Source of the DNA: Candidatus Heimdallarchaeota archaeon | Lineage (GTDB): Archaea > Asgardarchaeota > Heimdallarchaeia > Heimdallarchaeales > Heimdallarchaeaceae | DNA: 64,000 nucleotides | Direction of reading: 5' to 3' | NCBI GenBank assembly: GCA_016839945.1 | Contig: JAEOTE010000027.1 | Span: 9,015-73,014, forward strand | Shown here: positions 46,032 through 56,641 of the stretch, in pieces | Layout: each line of letters starts with the position of its first letter | How positions within the stretch are numbered: position 1 is the stretch's first letter | Position numbers and translations under genes: made by a program | Notes under the pieces: model-generated | What the model saw: only the letters and a program-made list of their open reading frames with translations | Database searches by the model: none | What the model was told of the DNA's origin: nothing

Positions 46032-48794
46032 CTAGATGAAATGCTGACTTACAATTCTTTTTTTTGTCTCTTGAATTTTATCAACTAGTGGTTTATTTTC
46101 ATCTTTTGAGAAGATATCCCAAAAGAAAATCATCTCTTGCTCAATCCAATGATAAATTTTTTCTGCTTGAACAAAATCTGTTTTGTTTACATAAATTTCT
46201 GCTTTATCTCTTAGAAGCTCAACTAACAAAATAGGATCTACTATCCACTCATAATGTTTGATTAAATTATCTAACAGCTCTGATTTGGACATTTTGATTG
46301 TTTTTTGAATTTTAGAAGGAATTTGGTCAAAGCTTTCATGTAATAATTGACTTGCAGTTACGAAGAAGTAATTCCAAGTGTGTTCAGGATAGTGGAAGAT
46401 ATCTTTTCTTTCTTTTAATGTTGCAATAATCCAATCAAGCATTTGCGAAGCAGAATCATATTCTTTTAGTGAAATCAAATGTTTTGAAACATGAAGATAG
46501 ATTAGAAAACCTGAATCTTTTATTTCTCTTTCTTTGCAAATTTCAAAAAGTGTAGTCATTTTAGGTATCTTCTTTAGCATAAGAATGAAAAGCTCTAAGC
46601 TCTTTTCCCAATCTTTGTATTCACAAAGTTCGCAAAAATCATTGATTGTAGCTAGTATATGTTCCTTTTTCTCAATTTTGTCATCTGGATAGATTTTCTC
46701 AATAATATCTGTTAAGAGTGAATATTTCTTATTCTCGAATTTTTCAGAATTTAATTTCAACTCTTTTAACAAATTTTTAGTTACCTTATCTTTAGATATT
46801 ACAGAAGCAATTATTTTGAAGTATATACTCTCTAGGATTTTTTCCTTATTATCCAGTTTTAGAGCTATTTCGTGTAATTTTTGATTTAGTTCTTTTTTTT
46901 GTACAATTTCATCATTTTGTAATGATAGAAATTCGCCTTTAAGTTGTAACCATGCAAACTGATAGAAGTAATCCCACCAAAATCTGTTATCTCCTATTTT
47001 TAGAAAAACATTAATCATATTTTTGAAAAATTCAGATAGTTCAGCATTACTTACTGAAATCCCGTAAGCATGTCTTAATAAGTTAGTTAGAGGGAATATA
47101 TCATCTTCATTTCGTAAAGATAAATCGAAAATTGTTATTGGATCACTCCGAAAAAGTTGAAGAAAACCATCATTACGAACAAAATGATATTGTTTTTTTA
47201 AAGTTAAAGCAGAACTAAGTAACTTTGATTTTAGTATTTTGAAGTTCTTATCTTGGTTAAAATACTTAAATAAATTCAATTCTGGTGGTTGTTTGGGGAA
47301 GTATATGGTTGCTTCAGCTGCTGGACAATTTACTGCTCTTTGTATTTCTAAAAGAACAGCTTCTACATCCTCAAAATTGCTAATCTTTTGATCTTGATCT
47401 TTGGTTAATATACCAATAACAGAATAATAAGGTGATAGTGTTGAGTGTAGAGATTGAGATACGTTCTTCTCTATTTTAAAATCTTCTTTCATTAAAACAT
47501 GAATAGTTTCCTCAGCAATTTTTAACTTTAAAACAAAAAAGCATTTTTCTTCTTCTTCTGTCAACCCTTCAATTTTTAATTTCTTCTCTTCTACACTTGT
47601 TTTAGCAGCTTTTTCTAGAATTCTCATAAAATGTGAATAAGAAGTTGCAGGATAACTGTTAATGGGAGAATATAAAACATTCAGAAGCCATTTTGTTGTA
47701 GAACTGTTTTCATAGATTTCAATTGATTTAATTAAAAATGGATCAAATAAGGCATCAAATGGCATATAATAAAAGATCAAACTTGTGATTTCTGTTTTTT
47801 TGAACTGTAATAAAGGTAGAATTTTCTCATATTTCTTCTCTTTTACATATTGAATTGCTTTATTCATAATCTCATTTGATTTCTCAAAGTCATTAATATC
47901 ATAAAACGCATCTACAAGTTTCTGGCATAAGAAGAGATATTTTTCTTCATCCATCCAACGAGCAGTTTGAAGTATTAAATCAGCAAAACCATGGAGGATT
48001 TCAGGCTCTGTTAGCATGAGAGATTTTGCAAAAAGTGTATCCAAATTAAGTATTATATCCCCAAAAAGGTGAGTAGCTGTAGCTAGTTGATTTAAAACTG
48101 AACTAATATCATCTTTTACTTCTTTTAATCTTGATTCTTTGTAAGAAAGACTGATAGAGCCCATAACTGTTAGAAGATAAACTATAATCATAAAAAATGA
48201 AGTGAGATCTTGGGGATCTTCTTTTATTTGCTCAAACCAGTGTAAAGTTGCATCAAATCCTCTGGCATAATCGTCTAGCTCCCAATAGGATCTTGCTTTC
48301 AATTCACATATTACTCTTGAATTTTCTTCGTTTATATCAGAGTGTTTACTAATCTCTCTAATTTCCTTTAAAGTATCTTTAAATTTCCTAGCTCTAAATT
48401 TTTCAAATGCTAATTGAACTCTAATCCCTATTTCAATTTCATTAATTTTTAATTTCCGAGCGAGTTTTAAACTAAGATTAAGATTCGGTAAAGAATCTTC
48501 ATTTCTATAATTGGATATTTGTGCTCTAAGCAAATGAGCTTTCATTTTGGTAAAATCATCTTTCCACTGGTTAGATAAGTTAAATAAGATATCACAAATC
48601 TCTTCCGATCTTTTATAATCACTATTATTTAGAAAATCTTGCCCCTTTAGAGCTAAATCTATAACAAGTTTTTCGTTATCATTTGTGAAATCAAATGTAT
48701 ATTTCTTAGCAAGTTTCTTTAAATCTTCCACACTATAAAGTTCTTTGTTTTTTTTATCCTTCCCCCTCTTTTTATTACCAGTGTGAGTAGACAA
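46032..48794 (-). CDS. 920-aa all-helical repeat protein (TPR/HEAT-like), unknown function
   Basis: Uninterrupted ORF with a basic N-terminus 'STHTGNKKRGKDKKNK' and recurrent helix-pair periodicity. TTG start; no in-frame ATG nearby. Confidence 0.5.
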   Translation of the reverse strand: MSTHTGNKKRGKDKKNKELYSVEDLKKLAKKYTFDFTNDNEKLVIDLALKGQDFLNNSDYKRSEEICDILFNLSNQWKDDFTKMKAHLLRAQISNYRNEDSLPNLNLSLKLARKLKINEIEIGIRVQLAFEKFRARKFKDTLKEIREISKHSDINEENSRVICELKARSYWELDDYARGFDATLHWFEQIKEDPQDLTSFFMIIVYLLTVMGSISLSYKESRLKEVKDDISSVLNQLATATHLFGDIILNLDTLFAKSLMLTEPEILHGFADLILQTARWMDEEKYLFLCQKLVDAFYDINDFEKSNEIMNKAIQYVKEKKYEKILPLLQFKKTEITSLIFYYMPFDALFDPFLIKSIEIYENSSTTKWLLNVLYSPINSYPATSYSHFMRILEKAAKTSVEEKKLKIEGLTEEEEKCFFVLKLKIAEETIHVLMKEDFKIEKNVSQSLHSTLSPYYSVIGILTKDQDQKISNFEDVEAVLLEIQRAVNCPAAEATIYFPKQPPELNLFKYFNQDKNFKILKSKLLSSALTLKKQYHFVRNDGFLQLFRSDPITIFDLSLRNEDDIFPLTNLLRHAYGISVSNAELSEFFKNMINVFLKIGDNRFWWDYFYQFAWLQLKGEFLSLQNDEIVQKKELNQKLHEIALKLDNKEKILESIYFKIIASVISKDKVTKNLLKELKLNSEKFENKKYSLLTDIIEKIYPDDKIEKKEHILATINDFCELCEYKDWEKSLELFILMLKKIPKMTTLFEICKEREIKDSGFLIYLHVSKHLISLKEYDSASQMLDWIIATLKERKDIFHYPEHTWNYFFVTASQLLHESFDQIPSKIQKTIKMSKSELLDNLIKHYEWIVDPILLVELLRDKAEIYVNKTDFVQAEKIYHWIEQEMIFFWDIFSKDENKPLVDKIQETKKRIVSQHFI

Positions 48795-49022
48795 TCTAAT
48801 TCTAACCTTTTTAAACGATTATCATCTTTGAAGTCGATATATCAAGCTTTTGCTTCAACAAAATTTCTACTGCGAAAAAACTTCACGTAGATGTTTCAGT
48901 GCGTAAATTGAGTAATCACAACTTACAGACCAACCTGTTTCTTTTCCATTATTTCTTTATTTCTTTTAGTTTCCACAAAAGTTTTTAAATTTAACAACGT
49001 TAATTGTAGATAAGGTGGATTT

Positions 49023-49934
49023 ATGGGGATAAATTCAGGGGAAAGCGAAAAAGATCTGGAAATCGAGCTAATTGAGAGTTTAATAGATAATAGTTTGTAT
49101 GATGAAGCTTTATCTTTCTTAGATAGATTATTTAAAAAATATCAAGATGAGTACTTTATCTACCTTAGAGGGAGAGTTTTTTATCTGACAGGAAAATTCC
49201 GTCAAGCTATAGAGGAATTAACTACAGTTATAACACAGGATTCAGACTTCTGGGAAGCTTATCAATTATTAGGAGAGATATATAGATCTACAAATCAACC
49301 AGAATTAGCTGAAAGTTATTACTTTAAAGCTACTTCACTTAATCCTAGAGCTTATCAATCCTGGTTAGGAAGAGGGAAGCTTGCTATTCAGCGAGGGGAG
49401 CATCAAATAGCTGTTCTAAGTTTCGAAACATATTTGAGGATACAAGAAGAAGATTCGGAAGTTTGGAGATTATTAGGCAAAGCATACAAAGATATGGAAA
49501 ATTATACTTCTGCTATTGATGCATACAATGAAGCAATAGAACTTTCTCCTACAGACCAAGAAATCTATGAAGAGATGGGAGATTTATACTTAGTAATGGG
49601 TAGAGCAGATTTAGCTAAAGAGAGATATTTACAAGGTTTGCAAGTTGAAGTGACAACTAGACCTGTTAATAAGGAGCTCTACATTAAGTTGTCGAAGTTA
49701 TATATAGAAGAAAGACAACACCAAAGAGCATTCAATCTATGCAATGAACTCTTAGCTTTACAAAAAGATGAGCCTGATGCTCTATTTGTATCTGGAATTG
49801 CATTAGTTCGCATGGGACAAAAATACGAAGGTACTAGAAGAATAAAAACCGCGTATGAGATAATTCATAAAGACGAGTATAAAGAATTCCTTGATAAGCT
49901 AGAAGCTGAAATTTATGGACCAAAATATGCATAA
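49023..49934 (+). CDS. TPR repeat protein
   Basis: 'aaggtgga' SD. Repeated 34-aa TPR units (e.g. 'VWRLLGKAYKDMENYTSAIDAYNEAIELSPTD'). Confidence 0.85.
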   Translation: MGINSGESEKDLEIELIESLIDNSLYDEALSFLDRLFKKYQDEYFIYLRGRVFYLTGKFRQAIEELTTVITQDSDFWEAYQLLGEIYRSTNQPELAESYYFKATSLNPRAYQSWLGRGKLAIQRGEHQIAVLSFETYLRIQEEDSEVWRLLGKAYKDMENYTSAIDAYNEAIELSPTDQEIYEEMGDLYLVMGRADLAKERYLQGLQVEVTTRPVNKELYIKLSKLYIEERQHQRAFNLCNELLALQKDEPDALFVSGIALVRMGQKYEGTRRIKTAYEIIHKDEYKEFLDKLEAEIYGPKYA

Positions 49935-49981
49935 ATGCTTAGTGAACAAATTATAATTAGAACTATAATATTGTGAAACAG

Positions 49982-50734
49982 ATGTCACAATCTAACAAAG
50001 AAACTGAATTTTTTCTAAAAATAACGGAAGAGAATTTAGCACGCTACTGCTTTCTTGTATGGGATTTTTTTACATTTCCTGAATTTGTAAAACTTGAATT
50101 AATTGAGAATACTCTTCGTTCAACTTATGAACAATATACTTTTCTTTATGGTCCTCCTAAGGAAATAATACTAGAGAATTTTAATCCTAAAGGAGAACTA
50201 ATCTTGTCTTTCGACGCTGAATGGATACCTTATATAGAGAAATATTTTACAGATTTTAATTTGCTAGTTCAGGTGGAAGAAGAGACTAAATTCAACACAT
50301 TCTTATGCATGCAATTAAGTAAAGATCAATTCAAACCTAAAGAAAATTATATTTCAAGTGAAATAACTGAAAATGATAGAAGAAGGATGCATTACAAAAG
50401 ACAACTGCATCTTTCACGCGGTTTTGGGGGTGTAGGTATTTTTGAAAATGATACACTTGTAGGATGTGGATTTGCTCCTCATGTGGTACAAAATGAGAAT
50501 TTCTCATTTGCAATAGTTAGAGACATATGGGTTAAGCCTGATAGAAGAAACAAAGGTTTTGGATATGATTTGAGTTCTAAAATTTGTGAAGTGTCATTCA
50601 AAAAGGGAGTGGAAACGATATTTCTGTGGGTAGAAGAAAGAAACTATCCTGCAGTGAAAATCTATGAAAAATTAGGTTTTCAAACAATGGACAAATCTAT
50701 ATCAGTTGTATGTATAAAGAAGAAAAAGAAATAA
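49982..50734 (+). CDS. GNAT family N-acetyltransferase
   Basis: C-terminal 'IWVKPDRRNKGFGYDLSSKICE...VEERNYPAVKIYEKLGFQ' is the acetyl-CoA-binding motif A/B. Start is ATG 49982 or GTG 49973. Confidence 0.75.
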   Translation: MSQSNKETEFFLKITEENLARYCFLVWDFFTFPEFVKLELIENTLRSTYEQYTFLYGPPKEIILENFNPKGELILSFDAEWIPYIEKYFTDFNLLVQVEEETKFNTFLCMQLSKDQFKPKENYISSEITENDRRRMHYKRQLHLSRGFGGVGIFENDTLVGCGFAPHVVQNENFSFAIVRDIWVKPDRRNKGFGYDLSSKICEVSFKKGVETIFLWVEERNYPAVKIYEKLGFQTMDKSISVVCIKKKKK

Positions 50735-50756
50735 ATTGAAAAAATAAAATAGATTT

Positions 50757-51290
50757 ATGTGGTTCATTGGTGGAACAGAAATTAAGCTCATTCAAGGTGA
50801 TATTACTAATTCAGAAACAGATGCTATTGTTAATGCAGCTAATACTGGGCTTATTTTAGGAGCAGGCGTTGCAGGAGCTATTAAGAAAAAGGGAGGTCCA
50901 GCTATTCAAGAGAAGTGTATCGAAATTGGTCCTATTGAACTAGGAGACGCAGTAGCAACTACTGGAGGTAATCTTATTGCAAAATTTGTAATTCATGCAG
51001 CTTCTATGCATTTAGGAGGAAAAACTAATGAACAATCGTTAAAATATTCAATCTGGAATAGTCTAAGGGTAGGTAATGAAATAAACTTACAATCGATTGC
51101 ATTTCCAGCGATAGGAACAGGTATAGCAGGTTTTCCTTTAGATAAATGTGCAGAAATCATGCTAGAAGTATTTAACAATTACTTAAAATCAGAAGATCAC
51201 GTCTATATTTCGATCGAAGTAGTTCTTTTTTCAGAGAAGGACTACAATACTTTCAAAGATATTTTTACTAAATATTTAAATAAATTATAG
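50757..51290 (+). CDS. Macro domain protein (ADP-ribose binding / O-acetyl-ADP-ribose deacetylase-like)
   Basis: 'LIQGDITNSETDAIVNAANTGLILGAGVAGAI', 'IHAAS' and 'SIAFPAIGTGIAGFP' motifs. Confidence 0.85.
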   Translation: MWFIGGTEIKLIQGDITNSETDAIVNAANTGLILGAGVAGAIKKKGGPAIQEKCIEIGPIELGDAVATTGGNLIAKFVIHAASMHLGGKTNEQSLKYSIWNSLRVGNEINLQSIAFPAIGTGIAGFPLDKCAEIMLEVFNNYLKSEDHVYISIEVVLFSEKDYNTFKDIFTKYLNKL

Positions 51291-51599
51291 ACCAATAAAT
51301 TTTCTAAATTGCTTTTCTAAATCTTTTTTATCTACAGGTGTGTTTACATCCGAAACAACAATAATTGGAGTTTCTTCTTCTATTCTATAAACATCTATTG
51401 TATCTTGTATTTCTTCTGCAGTAGATGCAGAGATTATTATTAGAGAGTATTTCTCTTCGATTGCTTTTTCTAGAATCTCTAAAGCTTCTGATGCATTGGA
51501 AACCTCTTTACCTTCAACACCTATTAATTGAAATCCACGTACTGTTTCCCTTGCTCCTAGAACAAAAGCTCTTTTTGAAGAACCTAACATCTCTTCCAT
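51285..51599 (-). CDS. atpF: A-type ATP synthase subunit F
   Basis: About 104 aa with the 'AFVLGARETVRGFQLIGVEG' pattern of A/V-ATPase F subunits. The 3' end overlaps the convergent macro gene by 6 nt. Confidence 0.75.
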   Translation of the reverse strand: MEEMLGSSKRAFVLGARETVRGFQLIGVEGKEVSNASEALEILEKAIEEKYSLIIISASTAEEIQDTIDVYRIEEETPIIVVSDVNTPVDKKDLEKQFRKFIGL

Positions 51600-51719
51600 T
51601 AACTAGAATTACAGGTTAATGGTTTAAAGTTTTAGCTTTTGTCTCCTAATCTGATTAATGAACAACACATTCTTTGGGAAACAGTAAAGTACTTATTACG
51701 TTATTATTTATTTATCAAA

Positions 51720-53516
51720 ATGACTCTCATAGAAGAAAGTGCTCGTATTGTTTCAATAAAAGGGTCTACTGTACAGGCAAAAGGTCTTTCTTCTTATAGA
51801 ATGGGAGAAATAACATATGTGGGAGAAGAGAGGCTTATTGGTGAAGTTATTGCCATTGTGCATGATACAGCTACAGTTCAAGTTTATGAACCTCTTGAAG
51901 GATTAAGGATTAATGATCCTTTATATCCCACTGGAAAATCTCTTTCTGCTGAACTTGGTCCTGGTTTATTATCTAATATTTTTGATGGAATACAAAGACC
52001 TCTTGATAATATAAAAAACATCTCTGGTTCAGGATTTATTGAGAGAGGGATTCAAACAAATGCTCTTGATAGACAACAAAAATGGGTATTTGAACCTAGA
52101 AAAGAATTAAAGAAGGGAGAAATCATCAAAGAAGGAGATGTTTTAGGAAAAGTCAAAGAAACAGAATCTATCACTAGCAGTGTGTTAATTCCTCCAGGTA
52201 AAAGTGGAGAGCTTGTTGAGATTATGGAAAAAGGTGAATATACCGTCTCTGATACAGTTGCTGTTTATAAAAATAAATCCGGATCAAAAGCAGAATTAAC
52301 AATGATGCATGAATGGCCTGTTAGAATTGCTAGACCTTACTTAAACAAACTTCCTGTTAGTGGTCCATTAATTACAGGACAAAGGATAGTAGATATGTTC
52401 TTTCCAATATCAAAGGGGGGAACAGCAGCAATTCCAGGAGGTTTTGGTACTGGAAAAACTGTTCTTCAACACCAGCTATCAAAATGGAGTGATGCTAATG
52501 TTGTTATTTACATAGGTTGTGGAGAGAGAGGTAATGAAATGACAGATGTACTTCGAGAATTTCCAAAATTAATTGATCCACACACAAACAATCCTCTTAT
52601 GGATAGAACATTGCTTATAGCAAATGTTTCCAATATGCCAGTTGCAGCAAGGGAAGCTTCAATTTACATGGGGATAACAATGGCTGAATACTATAGAGAT
52701 CAAGGCTACAATGTACTTTTAACAGCTGATAGCACATCACGTTGGGCCGAAGCTCTTCGTGAAATATCAGGACAATTAGAAGAGATGCCAGTTGAATCTG
52801 GTTATCCAGCATATTTAGGAGCTCGATTAGCTAATTTTTACGAAAGAGCTGGTCAAGTAGTTGCATTGGGATCTCCTTATAGAGAAGGCTCAATAAATAT
52901 AACAGCAGCAGTTTCTCCACCAGGTGGAGATTTTAGTGAACCAGTTACAGCTAATACAAAGAGATTTGTCAAAACATTCTGGGGATTAGATCCTGCATTA
53001 GCAAATAGGAAGCATTTTCCATCAATTAACTGGCAAAATAGTTATTCAGGATATATAGAAGAAATAGAAGAATGGGCGTTAGAGACAGGGTTAATGGATT
53101 GGGGGAGATATAGACAAGAGATGCTCAAGATTTTGCAGAAAGATAATGAGTTAGAACATATAGTGGAACTGATAGGATCCAAAGCACTTCCAGCTGATGA
53201 ACAACTAATTATCTTAATTGCTGATATCATTAAGGAAGGATTCTTACAGCAGAACGCATTTCATCCTATTGATACATTTTGTTCGATAGAAAAACAAATG
53301 AAAATGATGAATCTAATTCTATTATTCCACGAACGGGCTAATATTCTAATAAAGAATGGATGCCCTATTTCTCTTATCAATTCATTAAGAACCGTTCAGA
53401 TACTGAAAATGATGAAGGAAGAAATTAGAAATGAAGACTTAACTCAACTTAACAAAATTGAAGATCATATAATTTTTGATATGGAAGAACTAGGATCCAA
53501 ATATGGATACAAGTAG
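51720..53516 (+). CDS. atpA: A-type ATP synthase catalytic subunit A
   Basis: Walker A '[10 protein letters not shown]', '[12 protein letters not shown]' and '[16 protein letters not shown]'. 598 aa from the ATG at 51720, so no intein. The upstream extension in the track looks non-coding. Confidence 0.95.
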   Translation: MTLIEESARIVSIKGSTVQAKGLSSYRMGEITYVGEERLIGEVIAIVHDTATVQVYEPLEGLRINDPLYPTGKSLSAELGPGLLSNIFDGIQRPLDNIKNISGSGFIERGIQTNALDRQQKWVFEPRKELKKGEIIKEGDVLGKVKETESITSSVLIPPGKSGELVEIMEKGEYTVSDTVAVYKNKSGSKAELTMMHEWPVRIARPYLNKLPVSGPLITGQRIVDMFFPISKGGTAAIPGGFGTGKTVLQHQLSKWSDANVVIYIGCGERGNEMTDVLREFPKLIDPHTNNPLMDRTLLIANVSNMPVAAREASIYMGITMAEYYRDQGYNVLLTADSTSRWAEALREISGQLEEMPVESGYPAYLGARLANFYERAGQVVALGSPYREGSINITAAVSPPGGDFSEPVTANTKRFVKTFWGLDPALANRKHFPSINWQNSYSGYIEEIEEWALETGLMDWGRYRQEMLKILQKDNELEHIVELIGSKALPADEQLIILIADIIKEGFLQQNAFHPIDTFCSIEKQMKMMNLILLFHERANILIKNGCPISLINSLRTVQILKMMKEEIRNEDLTQLNKIEDHIIFDMEELGSKYGYK

Positions 53517-53524
53517 GGATTAAG

Positions 53525-54910
53525 ATGGCTAGAATAACAGTAAAAGGTGTTGCAGAAATTCGAGGACCTTTAATCATTATTGAAGGTATTTCTGGTATTC
53601 AAATGGGTGAATATTTAGAAGTGAGATTAAATGAACAATCCACTCGAAAAGGGAGAGTTCTAGCTATTGAGGAAGAGAAAGTCATTATCTTACTCTATCA
53701 AGGAACATATGAAATTGAGAAAGACGAAATAGAAACAGAGTTCTTCGGAAGAACAATGCAATTATTTGTTTCAGAAGATATGATTGGCAGAACTTTCAAT
53801 TCCCTAGGTGAACCTTTGGATGGGCTTCCTGCTATATATTCAGATGAATTTAGAGATGTGAATGGAGCTCCAATAAATCCAACATCTAGAATTTATCCGA
53901 GAAACTATATTGAAACAGGAATATCATCAATTGATTTAATGAATACTTTAGTTCGAGGACAAAAAATTCCAATTTTTACTGGAGCAGGTCTTCCCAATAA
54001 TCAACTTATAGGCCAAATAATAAAGCAAGCAAGAATAGCTGAAGAAATTGAAGGAGAAAAATTTGCTATTGTTTTTGGGGCAATGGGTTTAACTATGGAT
54101 GACTATATTTACTTCCAAAGATTATTCAAAGAAACAGGCACTTTGGATAAAGTTGTTATGTTTACAAATCTTGCTAGTGATTCAGCTGCTGAGGGATTAT
54201 TGACTCCGAAAGTTGCTCTAACTACAGCTGAATACTTAGCTTTTGACTGTGATTATCATGTTCTAGCTATTTTATCAGATATAACAAATTATTGTCAAGC
54301 ACTAAGAGAAGTGTCTGTGGCATTAGAAACAGTTCCTGCAAGGAAAGGATTTCCAGGTTATATGTACAGTGATCTAGCTTCTATATACGAAAGATCGGGA
54401 ATAATGGAAGGGTCTAAAGGAAGTGTGACATTGATTGCTAATTTAACTATGCCAAATGATGATATAACTCATCCAGTTCCTGATTTAACGGGCTATATTA
54501 CAGAAGGTCAGATAATTTTAGACAGGTCACTACATAATAGAAGCATTTACCCCCCAATAGATGTTTTAGAATCATTATCACGATTAATGAAAGATGGAAT
54601 TGGAGAAGGCTCTACTAGGGAAGATCATCCTTCTTTAAGCAATCAGCTATATTCTGCTTATGCTGAAGGATTAGACAAAAGAAAATTAGCGGAGGTTATA
54701 GGAAGAAAAGAACTTAATAGAAGGGATCAGATTTTTCTGGATTTTGCAGATAAATTTGAGGAAATAATGGTGAATCAAGGTGATGTTCATAGAACAATGG
54801 AAGATTCATTAGATAAAGGTTGGAAGTTACTTACTTTGCTTCCAAAAGTAGAACTAACAAAAGTTTCAGAGAGTGAGATGACAAAATATTGTCCAGAAGA
54901 GGAGGATTAG
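53525..54910 (+). CDS. atpB: A-type ATP synthase subunit B
   Basis: 'GISSIDLMNTLVRGQKIPIF', 'SDITNYCQALREVS' and 'PARKGFPGYMYSDLASIYER' motifs. Confidence 0.95.
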   Translation: MARITVKGVAEIRGPLIIIEGISGIQMGEYLEVRLNEQSTRKGRVLAIEEEKVIILLYQGTYEIEKDEIETEFFGRTMQLFVSEDMIGRTFNSLGEPLDGLPAIYSDEFRDVNGAPINPTSRIYPRNYIETGISSIDLMNTLVRGQKIPIFTGAGLPNNQLIGQIIKQARIAEEIEGEKFAIVFGAMGLTMDDYIYFQRLFKETGTLDKVVMFTNLASDSAAEGLLTPKVALTTAEYLAFDCDYHVLAILSDITNYCQALREVSVALETVPARKGFPGYMYSDLASIYERSGIMEGSKGSVTLIANLTMPNDDITHPVPDLTGYITEGQIILDRSLHNRSIYPPIDVLESLSRLMKDGIGEGSTREDHPSLSNQLYSAYAEGLDKRKLAEVIGRKELNRRDQIFLDFADKFEEIMVNQGDVHRTMEDSLDKGWKLLTLLPKVELTKVSESEMTKYCPEEED

Positions 54911-54913
54911 GAT

Positions 54914-55546
54914 ATGAGAGAAGCAATTACTGTACCACCTACTAGGGATAATTTATTGAAATATAAGAAGAAACTACAATTGGTTGAAAGAGCATATGAT
55001 CTCTTAAGAGAGAAATATGAAGCCCTTCTAATGAAATTGCACATAATAACAGCTGAAGCTTCAACTTTACATGAAAAAATGGAAAAAAGCTTAAGCGAAT
55101 CCTATATGGAATATATTAAAACAGAATCAGAATTAGGAAGAGAGATGATCAATGTTTTCAGTGAAACTGTTCCTAAAGAAATAGCATTAGAAACGAGACC
55201 ACTTGAATATATGGGTGTTTTGTATAGTGATTTAACTATTGAACATGTCCCAGAACCTTCTTATGGATTTTTTGGGATCTCAAGTCTTTTATGGGTAACT
55301 GCAAGACGATTTAGAGAAACATTCGATTTTATTGTTCAATTAGCAGAAATAGAAACCCTAGCTTACAGGATAATGAGCGATCTTCAATCAATTCAACTGA
55401 ATCTGAATGCTTTGGATAAAGTATACAGAGTAAGATTTGGAAATATTGTTAAGCATATAGAAGATGTATTAGAATCTTATGAATTAGAGAACATTTATAC
55501 GATAAAGAAACTTAAACAAAAGATGGAAAGTAAGAAACGAAAATGA
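54914..55546 (+). CDS. atpD: A-type ATP synthase subunit D (central stalk)
   Basis: 'PPTRDNLLKYKKKLQLVERAYDLLREKYEALL' N-terminal signature, about 210 aa, 'ggagga' SD. Confidence 0.85.
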   Translation: MREAITVPPTRDNLLKYKKKLQLVERAYDLLREKYEALLMKLHIITAEASTLHEKMEKSLSESYMEYIKTESELGREMINVFSETVPKEIALETRPLEYMGVLYSDLTIEHVPEPSYGFFGISSLLWVTARRFRETFDFIVQLAEIETLAYRIMSDLQSIQLNLNALDKVYRVRFGNIVKHIEDVLESYELENIYTIKKLKQKMESKKRK

Positions 55547-55547
55547 G

Positions 55548-55985
55548 GTGACAACAATCAGAAAAGCTTTAGTTGCAATCAGTGATTTTGAAAGCGGTTC
55601 AAACTTAATCGCTAGTATTATTGATTTCTTTGACGATTGGGTCACTGAAATTCACTTACTCAATGTCGTTGATTCTGAAACTCTTGAGCATCTAGCAGCT
55701 TTTAGAAATATAGGAAAAGAAGAAGTCGCAGAGAGTACAAAAACAGAGTATGAAAGTATTTTACAGAAACTTGAGAATAGTTTCGAAAACTCTCATTTAC
55801 TTATTACATATGAGATAAGAGAAGGTATTGTTGCAGAATCTATTATCAATGCATCAAAACAAGAAGATGTTGATTTCATCGTAATGGGTACTAAAAGAGA
55901 AAGAATCTCAAAAAGATTATTGAAGAACCATGTTAGATATGTTATAGAGTTATCAGAAATACCCGTACTTCTCTTCCCAGTCTGA
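55548..55985 (+). CDS. Universal stress protein (UspA) family, embedded in the ATP synthase operon
   Basis: 'KALVAISDFESG...', 'VDFIVMGTKRERISKRLLKNHVRYVIELSEIPVLLFP'. The usual G-x2-G-x9-G(S/T) ATP motif looks degenerate. GTG start 1 nt after the atpD stop. Confidence 0.7.
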   Translation: MTTIRKALVAISDFESGSNLIASIIDFFDDWVTEIHLLNVVDSETLEHLAAFRNIGKEEVAESTKTEYESILQKLENSFENSHLLITYEIREGIVAESIINASKQEDVDFIVMGTKRERISKRLLKNHVRYVIELSEIPVLLFPV

Positions 55986-55995
55986 AGGTGGTAAC

Positions 55996-56631
55996 ATGAA
56001 AGATAAAGATAAATCTGAAGACGAAGAATATACAAAAAATCTAAATCAGCTAATTAAAAAAATCAAAGCTGAAGCTGAAAAGGAAACAAAGAAGATTAGA
56101 GAAGAAGTTAAAATTCAACTAGAAAGTTTTGAAAAAGAAACTCAAAAAGAGGTAGATGAGATTAAAGAGAGTGAATTGGAAAAAGAAGTATCTAGATTTG
56201 AGTATATTAAAAAAAGAGCTGAAAGTGATTATCAACAAAGAGCAAAAAGAATTATAATCCAAACTAAAGAATCACTTATAGACGAAGTTTTTGAGAAAAT
56301 AGAAAAAGAATTGATAAATTTTAGATCAAAATCTGGCTATAGAAAATATATTGAAGAAAAATTATATTCCACAAGTAAGAATATTAAAGATAAAAAAATG
56401 AAGTTATTAATCGATAAAAAAGATGATAAACTCATAAAAGAGATTGTAACAGCTTTTAACAAAAAAGCTGATAAAAATTATATTATTGAGATTTCAAAAA
56501 AAGGTACAAATGGTGGTTTTGTTATCACTGATGAAAATGAGAGAATAAAAATTGATTTCACAATTGAAAATCTGTTAATAGTAAGTAAAGAAACGATTAG
56601 AACAAAGATTAGTGAATTATTGTTTGATTAG
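55996..56631 (+). CDS. atpE: A-type ATP synthase subunit E (peripheral stalk)
   Basis: Long charged N-terminal helix 'LIKKIKAEAEKETKKIREE', C-terminal 'GGFVITDENERIKIDFTIENLL...ISELLF', 'aaggtgg' SD. Confidence 0.85.
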   Translation: MKDKDKSEDEEYTKNLNQLIKKIKAEAEKETKKIREEVKIQLESFEKETQKEVDEIKESELEKEVSRFEYIKKRAESDYQQRAKRIIIQTKESLIDEVFEKIEKELINFRSKSGYRKYIEEKLYSTSKNIKDKKMKLLIDKKDDKLIKEIVTAFNKKADKNYIIEISKKGTNGGFVITDENERIKIDFTIENLLIVSKETIRTKISELLFD

Positions 56632-56641
56632 GTGATTAAGA

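Noticed and set aside
48795-49022. 228-nt divergent spacer inspected for riboswitch-like or repeat structure.
   Set aside because: I found only weak, short inverted matches. The region contains a plausible TATA-like 'tttttaaattt' and an 'aaggtgga' SD for the TPR gene, consistent with an ordinary bidirectional promoter region.
51639-51719. 27-codon N-terminal extension of atpA proposed by the ORF track.
   Set aside because: The extension ('SPNLINEQHILWETVKYLLRYYLFIK') has no counterpart in A subunits. The ATG at 51720 gives the canonical '[15 protein letters not shown]...' N-terminus and the normal length.
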